Numbered from the whole stretch's first letter, positions 38,554-51,699 are shown. The stretch: 60,370 nt of DNA, filler included, from Hausera hauseri (GCA_046269625.1; 11 parts of 11 records of this genome joined end to end with filler, not necessarily neighbours in it); one strand, 5' to 3'. Notes: generated by a model from the letters alone, not told the origin. Numbers and translations: made by a program.

Positions 38554-41480
38554 ACGCGGTAGTTTTTAATCGTTTGATTTCGAAGATTTTAGAAATTTTG
38601 TCAAATAACTCACTCGTAAAATTTCTTCCTCTATCGATTAATATGTGATCGGGCGGTCTATATCTGCAGATGATTTTCCTCACTACTGCTTCTGCTAGAG
38701 TTTCCACCTTTTGATCAATTAGTGCGATTAATTCCACAAAGTGTGTTAAACGATCTACAAATGTCAAAATATATTTATTATTTTTATGAGTTGTAGGTAA
38801 AGGTCCTACTATATCCATATACATAGCTTGCATAGGTCTGTCTGGTACGTCGATCGGTTTTAATTCTGCTATATAGTTTTTTACTTTTCTTTGTTTTGTT
38901 GCACAGACTTCACAAGCGTCCGCCCAATTTTTTACATCGATATAAACGCTTGGCCAGTAGTACTTATTCAATATTCTTTCTAACGTTTTCTTTCACGACA
39001 TATGTCTAGCTAAATGTGAATCGCGTTCAGTCATTAATACTTCCGTTCGTAATCCCTTTGGAATAACTACCAGTTTCCGTCCCTTCCGTTCATAAGATAA
39101 TATATTATCTTGATTCGATGTATATTTGTGCCCGTGTCTCTGTACGTGTTTCTTTAGCTGACGTCCTTTCGGTATTTCATCTTGCTCGGCAAATTTGACT
39201 ATTTGTTGGACAACTTTATCTTTAGCTTGTTCTGAAGCAACCTTGATCGTCTTATTTGGTGTTAAGGTTTGTTGTCACTCGACTAATTCTTGAAGCTGAG
39301 CCTTCTTCATGGTCGTATTTGTGCTTGTTTTTGTTTTAAGTCTTGATAAAGCGTTTGCGCCTACACGTTTACTTCCGGGTTTATATTGAAGTTTGATATT
39401 GTATCGCGAAATTTCCTCAATCCATCGATTTAGTCTACATGTCGGATTATTAACCAAGCCCTTTAGCGTGGTAACAGCCTTATGGTCGGTAGCTATAATA
39501 ATTTTCTGCCCATAAACGTAAATGTTGAAATGCCTTAAGGCTTCTTTTACAGCTAGCGTTTCTAGTTCAGTTACTGAATAATTTTTCTCGGCCTTCTTGA
39601 ACGCCCATCCTCCATATGCAATCGGGTGCTGCAATTCTTCGTCTTCTCGTTTTTGGGCCAATTCGTAACCAATTCCTTCTTTACCAGCCTCTGTTTTAAT
39701 TTTGAATGGTAAGTTGAAATCGGGGTATTTTAACACTGGTTCACCTGTTAGAATTTTCTTCATTTCATCGAACGCCTTCTGTTCTATATCGGTCCATTTC
39801 CATTTGATAACTTTTTTCAATAGCCGATATAATGGCCCATTTATTTTCGAGTTGTCTGGTAAGTAAGTGGCATAATACCCACATAAGCCTAACCAATGCC
39901 TTAGTTCTTTCTGATTCTGGGGTTCCATACAATCCAATATTTTGCTTAATAAAGATTTATCTGGTTTTGACCCTCCTTCTCCGACTATATGTCCCAGATA
40001 AGATACAGCGTTTTGTGCCCATTTACATTTTTTCGCATATAGTTTCAACTCTGCCTGTTCCAACCGCATGAGAGTGTCTTTGATGTCCTTTAGGTGTTCC
40101 TCTTTTGTTCTTGATGCTATCATTACATCGTCTAAATACGCGAACGCATGATCGAGTCCCATTAGCATTTTATTCATCATTCTTGTGAAAATAGCTGGGC
40201 CGGTTGTTATACCAAACGGCATGACGTTAAATTCGTAAACTCCGTCGTGTGTCTTGAATGCCGTTTTATAACGGTCATCCTCTTCAATTTCTACCTACCA
40301 ATATACTGATTGCAAATTTAATGTGGTAAACCACTTTGCTTCTGATAATCAGTCTAAAACTTCTTTTACTGACCGTAGTGGAAACGAGTCTTTCATCATC
40401 TGCGTGTTCAGAGCTCTGTAATCTATACAGAAGCGATGTTTTGTGGTACCCTTTTTCTTGACTATGAGTAGTAGTGAGTACGAAGACAGATAGCTTGGTC
40501 GTATTATATCACCCTTTAACATATGTTCAACCTCTGTAGTTATTTCGGGCCTTAATAAATGGAGCGATGGGTACCATTTAGGCATCTTTTGCTTTTCCAA
40601 GTCAATTTCGTCATTAGAGCCAGGTTTCTCTGCCTATATCTTCTTCATTTTTGGCGATAATCGAATTATATTTGCATAATAATTTGTAAAATTGACAATA
40701 TACTTCTGGTGAAAATTTTTTCTCAACATAAGATGGAAACTCGGCACATTTATAAGGTTTTTCGTCGATTGTTATTCCCGATACTTTGTAAGTATGACCC
40801 AGTGTAGTGTTGACATACAACTTTAAGGAAGTTGGTGCATTATTAACTAATCTGACTGGTACTCTTCCTGTCGTTACTCTTGTTAAAATGTTACTGAGTA
40901 TAATGTTTGAGTAAACGTCTTCTTGTGGCTCAAAATATGCTGGCTGATCGTTTTCTTCTCGGATCTGGACATAAATTAGGATTTCGGTTCTGGGTGGAAT
41001 AGTTTCATCGAACGGGATCTACACTTCTCCTAGTTTCCTTTCTTTCATTGTTTTAATTCCTTTCACTGGTCCGAGTTCGAGTAGTTTTTCATTCTGTAAG
41101 TTTATTACAGTATTGGGAAACTGTTTCAGTATATCGCAACCTAACACTACATCGCCGGTTAGTTGATCCATTATAGTAAACTCGTGTTGTCGCGTTTGAC
41201 CTATTAATTGGACTAGGGGGCTCCATTTAAATGTCAGTTTGGATTCTTGCCCGAAGGCTCCTATGCTGCTTGAATCCGATGGCGATGCTGGCTGCAGTTG
41301 TTTTCGTAACGTCGGCGGTATTGATTCTAATTTTACAAACGATTTCTCTGATCCGGTGTCGATTAAGGCATAGACTTCCCAAGCTTCGATGTAATTTTCG
41401 TGAAGGGTCTCCCTTCCATAACTGTTCCGTAACAACTTGACACGTCTTTTGGTCGTTTAATTGAAGAAATTTTATGTCCG
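38554..41480 (-). pseudogene. pol: Ty3/Gypsy pol (protease - RT - RNase H - integrase)
   Basis: ALIDTGS, RFCIDYRALN, MPFGITTGPAIF, AYLDD, PIAYG...AEKNYSVTELE, TDHK, YYWP..CEVC, MDIVGPLP, DRGRNFTS. Confidence 0.96.
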
Positions 41481-43439
41481 CTTATCGTTATTTCTGGTGA
41501 TGAAATGATGTTCTCGGTCAACTGTTTCAGTTCTTCGTTAGGGTAAAAGTCGTTGATTGCTATGCGACCTGCATTGTTTCTAATTAATGGTTCTTGTATT
41601 ATTTGGTTTTGGTGCGATTTTATTCCTTATGTTCCCCAAACTGTTGATCTTGTCTCTATATTACGAGCTATTCTTGGCGAATACAATATCCTATGGTTAT
41701 CTTCCGCTCGTCGTTGATTAGTAATCTGCATTTTCTTCAATACTCCGTATTGTTTTGTTCCTTCATAAGGGTCCTCATAGCTAAAAGGTCTTAGACAGAA
41801 ATCCCATTTGTGTAACACCATAGATGTTCTTTCACAATCTTCGTATATTGGGGCCATTGGCAGCATGATGGGCAAGGGTACCTTGACTACTGAATACATT
41901 TTATGTCTATTTTATTTTAGGTTTGTTTCTCCTGCCTTAGGCTCGTCATCATCGGAGTCATTTCTTCGTGTTACTAATTTCTTAATTTTACGTTTTAATA
42001 GAAATGTGGGTCTTGCTAGTCGTTTATAATTATAATAGCCGACTAAGCTTTCAACGTCATTTTTCCATCGGTTTTTTTCGCATGCTTTAAGCATTTTGCC
42101 GAACGGTGTCATGATTGTGGTTAAGATTTTTCATGGAAATCCTGTTAACGTGAATATTTCGTAGCCATTTATAACCGCTGGGATTACCGCTTTTACTAGT
42201 TGTTCCAAGAAATAGATGGCTAAAAATCCAGATGCGGCTTGTCCAAAAATTAAAAATCTTCCCCATATTTTGTAGAGTATTTCGGTAGTTACCCGTTGGT
42301 AATGGTTTGCACCCAACAGGGATTCACATTTAGCCTGGTAGCGGGTGTCACCTACTACTGATGGCATAGCTCGGTTTAATTCGTGTGTTCGCTGCCGAGG
42401 AAAAGCGAGAAATTGCTGAAAGGCTTCGATTTCTTTGGGCCTGTAAATACCTTTTTGGGATGTATCTTGAAACTTGTCATCCGCAATTCCTTTTGCTAAA
42501 TCAGTTCCAGTTAGTTTTCTGGGAATGATAGTGATACCTCCATTGGGTAAGCTAATCCATTCCGTAAGCTATTCCATTCCGTTGCAGCTCTTTATAATTG
42601 TGGGCTGAGTCGCATTATCCAACAACACTCTGGTGAGGGGCATAGCTAGACGTGGAGTATTCTGGTAAATTACAGGGAGTTCATGCATACATCGTTTCTC
42701 TTCGACGTTGATTGGCACATCTCTTTTCTCGCATTCATATGTGAGTAGAACCTCGCCAGTAATTCGATAAAAAATTCCTTCTCTCATAGAAATAATTGGT
42801 GAGGCTAACTCAGGATTCGCATAAATAAGAGATAATTTTGTCCCCATAATTTCCGTATCCAGTTGGCAATCGTTAGTTATTATTTTGTGGTATAGTTCGG
42901 CTATTCTGACTTGTCCTTTATAACAGAAATAATCGTATCGGTTTTTCAGATAATCTTCGATTCGAATGTCTTGCGTTTATCTCAGTTTCTGCGACGAAGA
43001 AGGCTTTATAGTTAGTGGTGAACATTACTACTTCACAACATGAAATGATTTCTTTTTTTATGAATTTCAATCCGCGTTGATCAGAGATTAATATCGTAGG
43101 TGTATCATGCTCTGATACGTTTTCACGTGCTCTTGAACTGATGTCGGATTTGTTTACGTATTGTTTCCCGGCAGCTTCATTAAATTTTAATTCCTTAATC
43201 TTAATAAAATTACAGCCTTTTCCAGCAGGCGGTTCCCATATGACGACAGAACTTCTAAAGGCACAGGTTTAATCCTGTATATGACATTTTTGGTTCTCGG
43301 TATATAGTTTAGTGACGCTATGGAACATCACTTTCTGGATTTGCATTTTCGATTCGTAAAAGTCTACTACCACTATGTTTGCTTCCAGTCATTTTCCAGT
43401 GTCGTATTCTGCTCCACTGCAATGCCCTTTATTCATATC
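41481..43439 (-). pseudogene. env: Chuvirus/gB-like envelope copy 3 (5'-truncated by contig end) with tail and linker, directly upstream of pol
   Basis: ANPELASPII, RITGEVLLTYECEKRDVP, KIWGRFLIFGQAASGFLAIYFL. ORFs 42847, 42367, 42112 and 41899 share one frame. Confidence 0.88.
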
Positions 43440-43539
43440 NNNNNNNNNNNNNNNNNNNNNNNNNNNNNNNNNNNNNNNNNNNNTTAATTAATTAANNNNN
43501 NNNNNNNNNNNNNNNNNNNNNNNNNNNNNNNNNNNNNNN

Positions 43540-43566
43540 AACAATAACAACAACAACAACAACAGC

Positions 43567-43607
<41 letters not shown>
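43540..43607. repeat. (CAA)n microsatellite
   Basis: Directly visible at the contig start. Confidence 0.97.
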
Positions 43608-43752
43608 AATCGTTTTTAATGAATGTTAGGAGTATACAAACCACATGGGCTAACCAATTCCGTATGAGAATGAACGAGTCTATCGGAATTAGTTACATTG
43701 AAATATTGCTTAAAGCAAATCTGATCCACTGATTGCCACATGGGAACGTAAT

Positions 43753-44043
43753 TCACCATTGTATGGTCACTATGGAAAAATCATCCACAAACTGCATTTG
43801 ACGTAGACTGTTAGCACACAGTGCATATGTATCCACCAATTTCTGCCATGTGCGAAAAATCTGACCCAATATCATGTCAATGTCACCAACAACCTGCTTC
43901 ATATGTCGTAGATAAGGTTCCCGTGCCCTCCAATTCTCCTCAGCACGCCGGAGTATCTCTTTGGGCGAACAGTATCGTGCATCATGTAAAGGTCGATCAA
44001 GATTGTAAAGGTAACTCCGGAGACCGTCGAAGGAGTGACACAA
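43753..44043 (-). CDS. Small hypothetical ORF, probably a Polinton accessory gene
   Basis: 96 aa with protein-like composition, in the PolB contig; no recognised motif. Confidence 0.35.
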   Translation of the reverse strand: MCHSFDGLRSYLYNLDRPLHDARYCSPKEILRRAEENWRAREPYLRHMKQVVGDIDMILGQIFRTWQKLVDTYALCANSLRQMQFVDDFSIVTIQW

Positions 44044-44185
44044 ACGAATAAGTTCTGATAAATGGGATATGTCGCAATGTCATGCCGTAACTAAGCACAA
44101 GTATTTATACTGAAATGTAACAACAAAAACACGGGAAATAAATTATATTGATTCACGAAAACAAACAGCAAAATAATATATGTGA

Positions 44186-44461
44186 TTAAATACGGTCAAT
44201 CAACTTTTTCATTACAATACAAAGCGACGCAGAAAATACAAGTCCAATGAGGAAGTTAATCATTCGTTGTTGTTGCCGTTTTTGTCTCATTTCATCTTTG
44301 ATACCTTGTATGAATAGAGATCTGACAATTAATTTAATATATTCCCGTCGACTAATTATTCTGGTTTCTGCAAGCGCACACAAAAGCTGAACATCAGACA
44401 CATGTCCAGTCAAAATGTTATCGGTCAATTTCTTAATATAGCTTTTAATGTACCGTTCCAT
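44186..44461 (-). CDS. Small hypothetical protein with a C-terminal transmembrane segment
   Basis: ATG start and tail MINFLIGLVFSASLCIVM. Confidence 0.45.
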   Translation of the reverse strand: MERYIKSYIKKLTDNILTGHVSDVQLLCALAETRIISRREYIKLIVRSLFIQGIKDEMRQKRQQQRMINFLIGLVFSASLCIVMKKLIDRI

Positions 44462-44531
44462 GTGATTTTAGGTGTTGTTGTTGTAGTGTTTGGAGTAATT
44501 GTTTTCCATTTAGAAGTGCACTAATTATCCA

Positions 44532-45017
44532 ATGTATTGCGTCTCGCGCATACATGTAGAGCAGGAGCAGTGCCATCAACAGATGGCTAAACATCACTCC
44601 GTTGGCACGGACTCATATTTGTGCTCAACATGCGGTAGTATTTCGGCCCCTTGTCCATACCTCGACTTTTATACAATGCACAAGCATCATCTTGGCCCGT
44701 TTACGCGTGCAGTGAAGATTATTGCGCATTGCCCCACATACCCGCGATACTGTAGTAGTAGGAAAGTGCATGACGTTGATGGTTGTCATAGTGTAATGAA
44801 GCAGTACTATGGGGCCACAACGGTGCACGGTAAACAGGCCTGCGTTTGTCCCGGTTGTTCTATAGTTGATGAAATCAACTATGAACAATTTTATGACCAG
44901 CACAAGGACCACTTGAACCCGTTTCAGCGGTCCAAAAAGGAAATTTTGATGGCAATAAAAAAAAACAGTATCCCCTCAACAAGCAGGAAACGTCAGGCTT
45001 CAACAAGTCTTAACTAA
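44532..45017 (+). CDS. Cys/His-rich (zinc-binding) ORF upstream of PolB, with an internal duplication
   Basis: CSTC...FYTMHKHHLGPFTRA and CPGC...FYDQHKDHLNPFQRS are repeated modules. Confidence 0.55.
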   Translation: MYCVSRIHVEQEQCHQQMAKHHSVGTDSYLCSTCGSISAPCPYLDFYTMHKHHLGPFTRAVKIIAHCPTYPRYCSSRKVHDVDGCHSVMKQYYGATTVHGKQACVCPGCSIVDEINYEQFYDQHKDHLNPFQRSKKEILMAIKKNSIPSTSRKRQASTSLN

Positions 45018-45079
45018 TACATCCAAAACAGTACCGAAAAGCAGCAGCAACTGCAGGAGCAGATGCAACAGTAGGAATC

Positions 45080-48000
45080 TTTCATTACTGTCAAATACAA
45101 TCTAAACAAATCGTACGTGGATATGAAAGTAAACATGTCAGGGACAACAACACCACAGCTGAGGCATGTTCCGTCCAGTGTATGCAGCCGGTTGGAATTA
45201 GAGGTGGAGAAATTCAAACGCAACAACTAAAAAGTGAAATATTGTGCACATGCAGAATTTCATAACCTTGAAGGTGACAGGAAACAATGGTACCTGTCAC
45301 ATCGAGCCGTACCGTATTCGAAAGATTTTATTGCCGATGTAAGCGAAAAATTGGATGAGAAAATCGCCAACTATACAGAAAAGGGTAGTGAATGGCGAAT
45401 TATACGAATTGTCACACTTGGCTTTATCATAACAAAGTTGAGTGACGTAGTGTATTTGTCTGGACGATCATTCATACCGACACCTGCATCTCTAAAGCAG
45501 TCACTGGCGGTAGTGAATGTACAAAATACTGACGACGAATATTGTTTTCTGTACAGTATTCTGGCTGTATTGAAGTACAGCAAAGTAAACAGATATCATG
45601 CAAATCGTCCAAATCAGCATCGGCAGTATTTTTCCGAATTGCAATTTGATGAATGCTGGATGCCGATAAAAATAAAACCATTCTGGCTTTTGAACGGCGT
45701 AATCCGACGTTGTCAATCAATGTCTTCTGGTACAACACAATGATTGAAATACCAAAAAACCAAGAAATTTATAAGAACCCCCATGTTGACATAATTTATC
45801 GCAGTTGGAATCCAAATGGACACTGGGTAAATTTGCTGCTGTTGGAGCAGGCCGTGACAAATCTGGATAGCCTGTTGAACATGGAACATGATCAGTTTAT
45901 CAAAAAGCGAATACGATGCAAATGGTGTCCTGTATGTCTGCATGGATTCAGATGGAAAACAACACGAGAGAAACAAGTCACGCTATGGAGGCAAAACGCA
46001 TCAGGAACAACAATGTACGCCATGCCTGTCAAAAAGGAGCTCAGATTCAGTAATCGGCCTAAAACGGACAGTACGGAATATGTGGTGTATGCCGATATCG
46101 AAGCAATTCTACCACGGTACAGTGTATACGATCAGAATCACGTTCAATTGCCGTCGGTATGTTGCTAGTACCAATAAAAACCGCCAGACAACCGCAGTAT
46201 TACGTTTTCCATGTTTGGAACTGTATACGTGATTTCATGCAGCAATTGGAAACCATAGTGGAAACGGAAATCGCGCGTGGCATCGCAACAATTGCAATAA
46301 GCCATTGATTTGGACAGACGAATATCAACCGTTGCTTTTCGTTTTCACCGATGAATGCTATCTGTGCCACAAAACAATACCGTTTGATGCACAGAAACGG
46401 CTCGTACGGAATCACGACCATTTCATTAGTTGATACTTGGGAGCAGCATAAAATTCATGAAATTTAGCAAGGTGAGTGTGACCATTCCTGACGGTGATCT
46501 TTCATAATTTCCGAGGTTATAACTGTCACAATATTCTCAAATGGGCAATTAACGGCTTTCCGCCCTGGGAATTGTCCATAATTTCAACGACAATGGAAAA
46601 ATACCTATCGCTGTCTGCTGGAGTAAACCGATTCCAGGTACGCTTCCTTGATTTATTGAAATTTCTTAATGAATCTTTGGCAAAGCTAGTAAATGCCTTG
46701 CCAGATGTGCCAATAGCACTGACGCAGATCCATGCACATATTGCACGCAGCAAAGGCATATTTCCATATGACTTTGCAACATCATATAAGCGAATCCAGA
46801 CAGCAAATGAATTATCGCCGCGATGGACAGGTATCGTAGAAGATGAATATAGGATAGTACAAGAATCTAGGACAAAACTGGGCTGTAGAAACATGGTGAT
46901 TTACATGCTCTAGTGTCTTAAAAAGGACGTGTACTTATTAGCCAACGTGTTCGCAGCATTTTGGATCAAAGCGCTGGCGGAAACTAGGTTGGAGCCACTC
47001 AACTTTTATTCCATACCGGGAATGAGTTGGGCGTCAGCTCTAATGTCGCTGGATCGAGATATTGAGCTGCTGCAAGACCCGGAAATGTACCTAATGTTTG
47101 GTGTTGGAATTCGCGGTGGCATGACATTTGTCAACAAGCATTATGTCAGTGCTACCGATATCACATCACTGCTGTATATTAATATTAATAACCTGTATGG
47201 CTGGTCGCTTTCGCAACCCTTGCCGTATAGTTCGACAGAGAAGATCTGGACGACATAATGGTCAACCTACTACAAGCAGACATTGCAGGCTCAGTCGGAT
47301 ACCTGATGGAGGTCGATCTCGTGGTACTAGATGAGCTGCATGACGTTTTGGACGACTTACCGGTTGCACCATTTAACCAATGTCCGCCAAGCTGAAAAGT
47401 GAAGAAACTGATCATGACGCATGAACAGAAGCTGAATTACGTGGTCCATTGGCGTCTGCTACACTTCTAAATGCAGCTTGGTGTACGCATAACACAGCTG
47501 CATCGTGCAATTTGATTTGCTCGGGCTCCCATATTCAAAGCGTACATAGATGGAAAATCAAAGAAACGAGCCGCAGTTTGTACAAGGTTCGAAAAGGACT
47601 ACTACAAGCTGAAAAACAATTCAATGTACGGGAAAACAGAGGAAAATATGGAAAAGCGACTCAATGTTCGCCTATGTAACTAGGAAAAGCGGCTGGTTAC
47701 GTATACCAGCAAAGCACAGTTTCGGCGGTCAATGCACATTGCCGATGGATTGGTTGGGGTGCTGGTAAACAGGAAAGACCGGCCAAGTTACATCGGACAA
47801 GTGGTATTGCACCTGGGCAAGTTGCGGATGTATGAGCTGCAGTATCGCAACTTGGCACGTTACCGGCACATGTTTGATGGCTGCAATACTGATACAATTG
47901 CCGGTAACACAGATAGTTTTTTCCTGCGGCAGAAAAACGTCAATCGCGAACAGCTACTGCAGCAAATGCAGATTACTGGACACGACCAACTACACACCGG

Positions 48001-48229
48001 ATCACACTTTGTACAGCAGTGCGATCACCAGTAAAATCGGCTGCTTCAAGGATGAAAGTGAAGGTCGTGTCCGGTATCGGGAATGGATATTCCTACGCTC
48101 AAAGTGCTACAGTCGTCTGACGGACTGTGGAAAGTAAATGCGGGAAAAACGAGTCCAGCTGAGACAGGCAGAAATCGGCCACGGTGATTATCGCGGTATA
48201 TATGAAGCAGCAACAGCAGCGGCAGCAGT

Positions 48230-48266
<37 letters not shown>

Positions 48267-48422
48267 ACAGAAGGAGGACAATAAGTGGCTGTTGTGTCTC
48301 AAACGATTATCCGACGAATTGAGCACCAGCTGTATACAATAACTAGTGCAAAAGTCGCTTTGTCATGTAACGGTGATAAGCGAAAGTGGGTGGGGCGAAA
48401 TAAGAGTTTGAGGTTGAAATAA
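45080..48422 (+). pseudogene. Near full-length protein-primed PolB of a second family, frameshifted
   Basis: YTEKGSEW, GRSFIPTP, VNVQNTDDEYCFLYSILA, VVYADIEAIL, IFHNFRGYNCH, KGIFPYD, GIRGG, LYININNLYG, NTDSFF, KIGCFKDE, FLRSKCYS, DKR. Confidence 0.95.
48205..48270. repeat. (CAG/CAA)n tract inside the PolB C-terminus (poly-Ala in the PolB frame)
   Basis: Directly visible. Confidence 0.9.
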
Positions 48423-48808
48423 AACACGTTCGCTAGTGTCAGAGCAGATCAGATAAGATACAGGCAATTCAATCGATCTGGATATTGTGATAATTATTAA
48501 CAATGATTATCTTTTGTACATTGTTTTATTTTAATGTTAATAATGTACCTTGTTCAGTGTCTTTTGTATTTAGTTTTTAATCACTTACTTAACCTTTTAT
48601 TATTAAGTACGATGGAAGTAAAAGTAAGACAATAACCTTGTACTTGAAAACAAAATATGTAACACGAATACATTTATTTATTGATCGGAGAAAAACTAAA
48701 ATCACAAAAACACAGGAAGTAAGTCAGTTAAATCACAGTAAATTTCCCCATTTTTTTATTTGGGATTTGACGCCGCTCCTTTTCTTGAGCTTCAGTGTCA
48801 GGTATTCT

Positions 48809-49314
48809 TTAGCTCCTTCCGGTGGCAAAAGTGCTGACTCTGCTGTTTCGCCGCCATGTGAACTGACAATTTTTGCCACATTTCCTTTGAGAAAGATGGA
48901 CTTTGGTGGAACACATTTGAAAAACAAGGAGATGTCCGCACATTAAGAATACCGTATCTACTTTTCTTTGTTTACATAGTACACACATAAACTGACAGTC
49001 TCGTACTTTGTCCATTATTTTCGCTTTAAGGTTCTTTAATTCACGCGTACCTTTTCAACAGTAGTGAAATAATTTATATCATACAATCGGTGAATGTACA
49101 TTTGATTTAGCACAATAATTAAATTTTCTATAGAGATGCAATCTGTTGTTGCTGCTGTCATCAATGCTATTGTCGCTAAATCTTCTTTAAATCCAAAATC
49201 ACCTGCTGCTATCGCAACCAGCTCACTATCAAATACTTGCTACCATGGGACCAAGTCTGAAATTGATAATCCATCAAAATATTGCAATTGCTTCAGTTGA
49301 TTACCTATTTCCAT
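48809..49314 (-). pseudogene. IAP-like E3 remnant: UBA-like segment and C3HC4 RING
   Basis: SELVAIAAGDFGFKEDLATIAL (UBA-like xGF), then CVLCKQRKVDTVFLMCGHLL. Confidence 0.6.
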
Positions 49315-49438
49315 GATGATGATGATTGTTTTTACTATAACTTACCCGTATTTATAGTTTTGAATTATTCAACTAACCAATGCGGCGTACCTTATTTACG
49401 GAAACAAAAAAGGAACAGAGAAATACATTTATTTATTT

Positions 49439-49927
49439 TTATGAAATATAGTCAATACAAAGCGGTAGACATTTTTTGTAAGCAGAATTTGGTCCATGAT
49501 TATGATACGGACATATAATATTGTCAAGTACCATCGCCAGCGAACTGTTCAATGTTGTTACTGAGTACGTTGTCATTCGCCACTCGGTAAACTGTAAATG
49601 GAGTTATGTAAATTTTTGTCCGTCAATTTGATCTTTAATGTAAAATATTGTATTTTCAATGTCAAAACAATCACAAATATCTCGCATGATACATGAATCG
49701 CAAAACGCTGAATTTCTTTCGTTCCAATAAAGTCCATTACGACATCGTATCAGATATCCACTGGTAATTTTCGCCTTTTTTGTCAACTGATTCCACATAA
49801 CGGCGCTCTTGAATACGTAAACAATCGGTTTGAAAGTTTTACCGACGTCCATAATGCATAATTCCTTTATCAGGTACCGGGCATTATCATCTTGGAAAGC
49901 TTCAAAATCTATAAATCCTGTCACCAT
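49439..49927 (-). pseudogene. Polinton DEDD-exonuclease-like accessory gene (one internal stop)
   Basis: GFIDFEAF...YLIKEL...YVFK...W.QL......YL....NGLYW. The frame continues past the 49604 stop to AYKKCLPLCIDYIS. Confidence 0.7.
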
Positions 49928-50060
49928 TACTTATCATATACAAAATCATTTTGTTGTTTANNNNNNNNNNNNNNNNNNNNNNNNNNNNNNNNNNNNNNNN
50001 NNNNTTAATTAATTAANNNNNNNNNNNNNNNNNNNNNNNNNNNNNNNNNNNNNNNNNNNN

Positions 50061-51157
50061 TTTGAACGGACAATAACATTGACATTCAATTCAACATTAT
50101 GGCATCGGACAATGAATATCTCGATTTGAATGACACGCTACTGTATGTAAAAGTCATTGTCAAAAAGGACGCATCAACGGTTCTCTCTGCAACATCTTTT
50201 CGTCACACTGTTCTAGGAAGCTTCACTAACTCTGAACAGCGTCAAAATGGAAAGCAACACTAGTATACACAGCATAAAAGCGCTCATTGAAACGACTCTG
50301 AATTACAGCGCTAACATAAAAACGACTCATTTGACGAAAACCATCAGATACGATGCCACAGAGGCAAACCGCCAGGTATGGGTAGCAAAATCAAAATCAC
50401 TTACGATGTGTGGACCGCGGTACTTTGACTTTTTCGATCAGCCGAAATACATACTACCCGGTGTTAAAGCTATGATTCGGCTCAAACGGAGTGACAATGA
50501 CTTTTGTTTAAAAAATTACGGTAGCAAATCTCAAACCCATACTGAAAATTACCGAGGCACAATTACACGTACGGCGTGTAAAGGTAGAACCATCTGTGCT
50601 CATGGGATATCGATTGGGCTTGGAAACGCAGAATGCCTGTTACCCGATACAACGCACAAAACTCGCATTTTAAACAATACCCAAAGGTTCAACTAAGTTT
50701 TACAAAGGTGCACTGTTTGGTGACATGCGATTGGTGACAATTCGTGCTTGCTACATTTCAAACGACTGCTCAACAAACGGGCAGTTATACCACCGATACG
50801 GAAACATTTACCCATAGCAATGTGAATTACATCACTTTGGGTAAGAATGCGGATTTCGTTGAGACATACATGCAAGATTTCGAGACCGGTAATTATGTTT
50901 GAACATATATGCAATTTATCGTGCGCAACATGGGTTTGTTGAACAAAAATGTCAACAATGGCATATCGATAAATCCATTCTTCTCCTTTGTCCTGGCTCC
51001 AGATTATGATGTAGAACAGACTCAACCACCTCAGCAAGGTAACCTACGACTGTAGGTTCACTTTGCTAAAGCGTTGAAGCAGTCCATTATGAAGTACATT
51101 TACGGTGTATTTGATGCCTAATTTGAAATAACGAAAACCGGAACCGTCATTGTATAA
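50061..51157 (+). pseudogene. Polinton/adintovirus major capsid protein (double jelly-roll)
   Basis: IQFNI...EYLDLNDTLLYVK, KALIETTLNY, DFFDQPKYILPGV.AMIRLKRS, LHVRRVKV, GNLRL.VHFAKAL. Confidence 0.88.
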
Positions 51158-51213
51158 ATAAAATCCGCTGTGACTAACCTTTTTGTCTTCTTCGTACTAT
51201 AAAGAAATTTATT

Positions 51214-51629
51214 TTGAATACTACTATTAAGCTTAAATCACATTTTACATATAGCTCCACTGAGCTCAGTTACTACGGAAAATTGCTCTTGGGCGCAAAA
51301 TTTTGTGGCGTGTTTTCACTGGACTGTGTACCGCATGATTTACGACAAACTGATGGCTTCATTGTCAATACGCACACACTTCCTCGTTGCCGGGCGAACA
51401 TTGGATTTCTGTGTACGTCCATCCGACCATCGTCAGAGTATCCGATCCGCTCGGATTTTACTATCCGTCATCGTTAGTTTCTTTAATTGAAAGACAGTCA
51501 TTATCATCATACCGTGTTGAATATAATAGACTTCATTATCAACATCCAATGACAATACTATGTGGAATTACTGCTTATTGTGGCTTAAATTACAATCACT
51601 TTGTGAAAAAAACGTTTTCTGTTTTGTGA
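51214..51629 (+). pseudogene. Adenain-like cysteine maturation protease
   Basis: FCGVFSLD, FIVNT, PGEHWISVY, DPLG, YN...YQ.....CG across a frameshift. Confidence 0.88.
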
Positions 51630-51699
51630 AATATATTTGTTGTTGCTGATGCTTTTGGTTTGTGCGTGTAGTGAAATTCCGTTAAAATAATCGACTATC

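Noticed and set aside
48046-48326. Poly-Leu and poly-Cys ORFs
   Set aside because: Antisense readings of the CAG tract.
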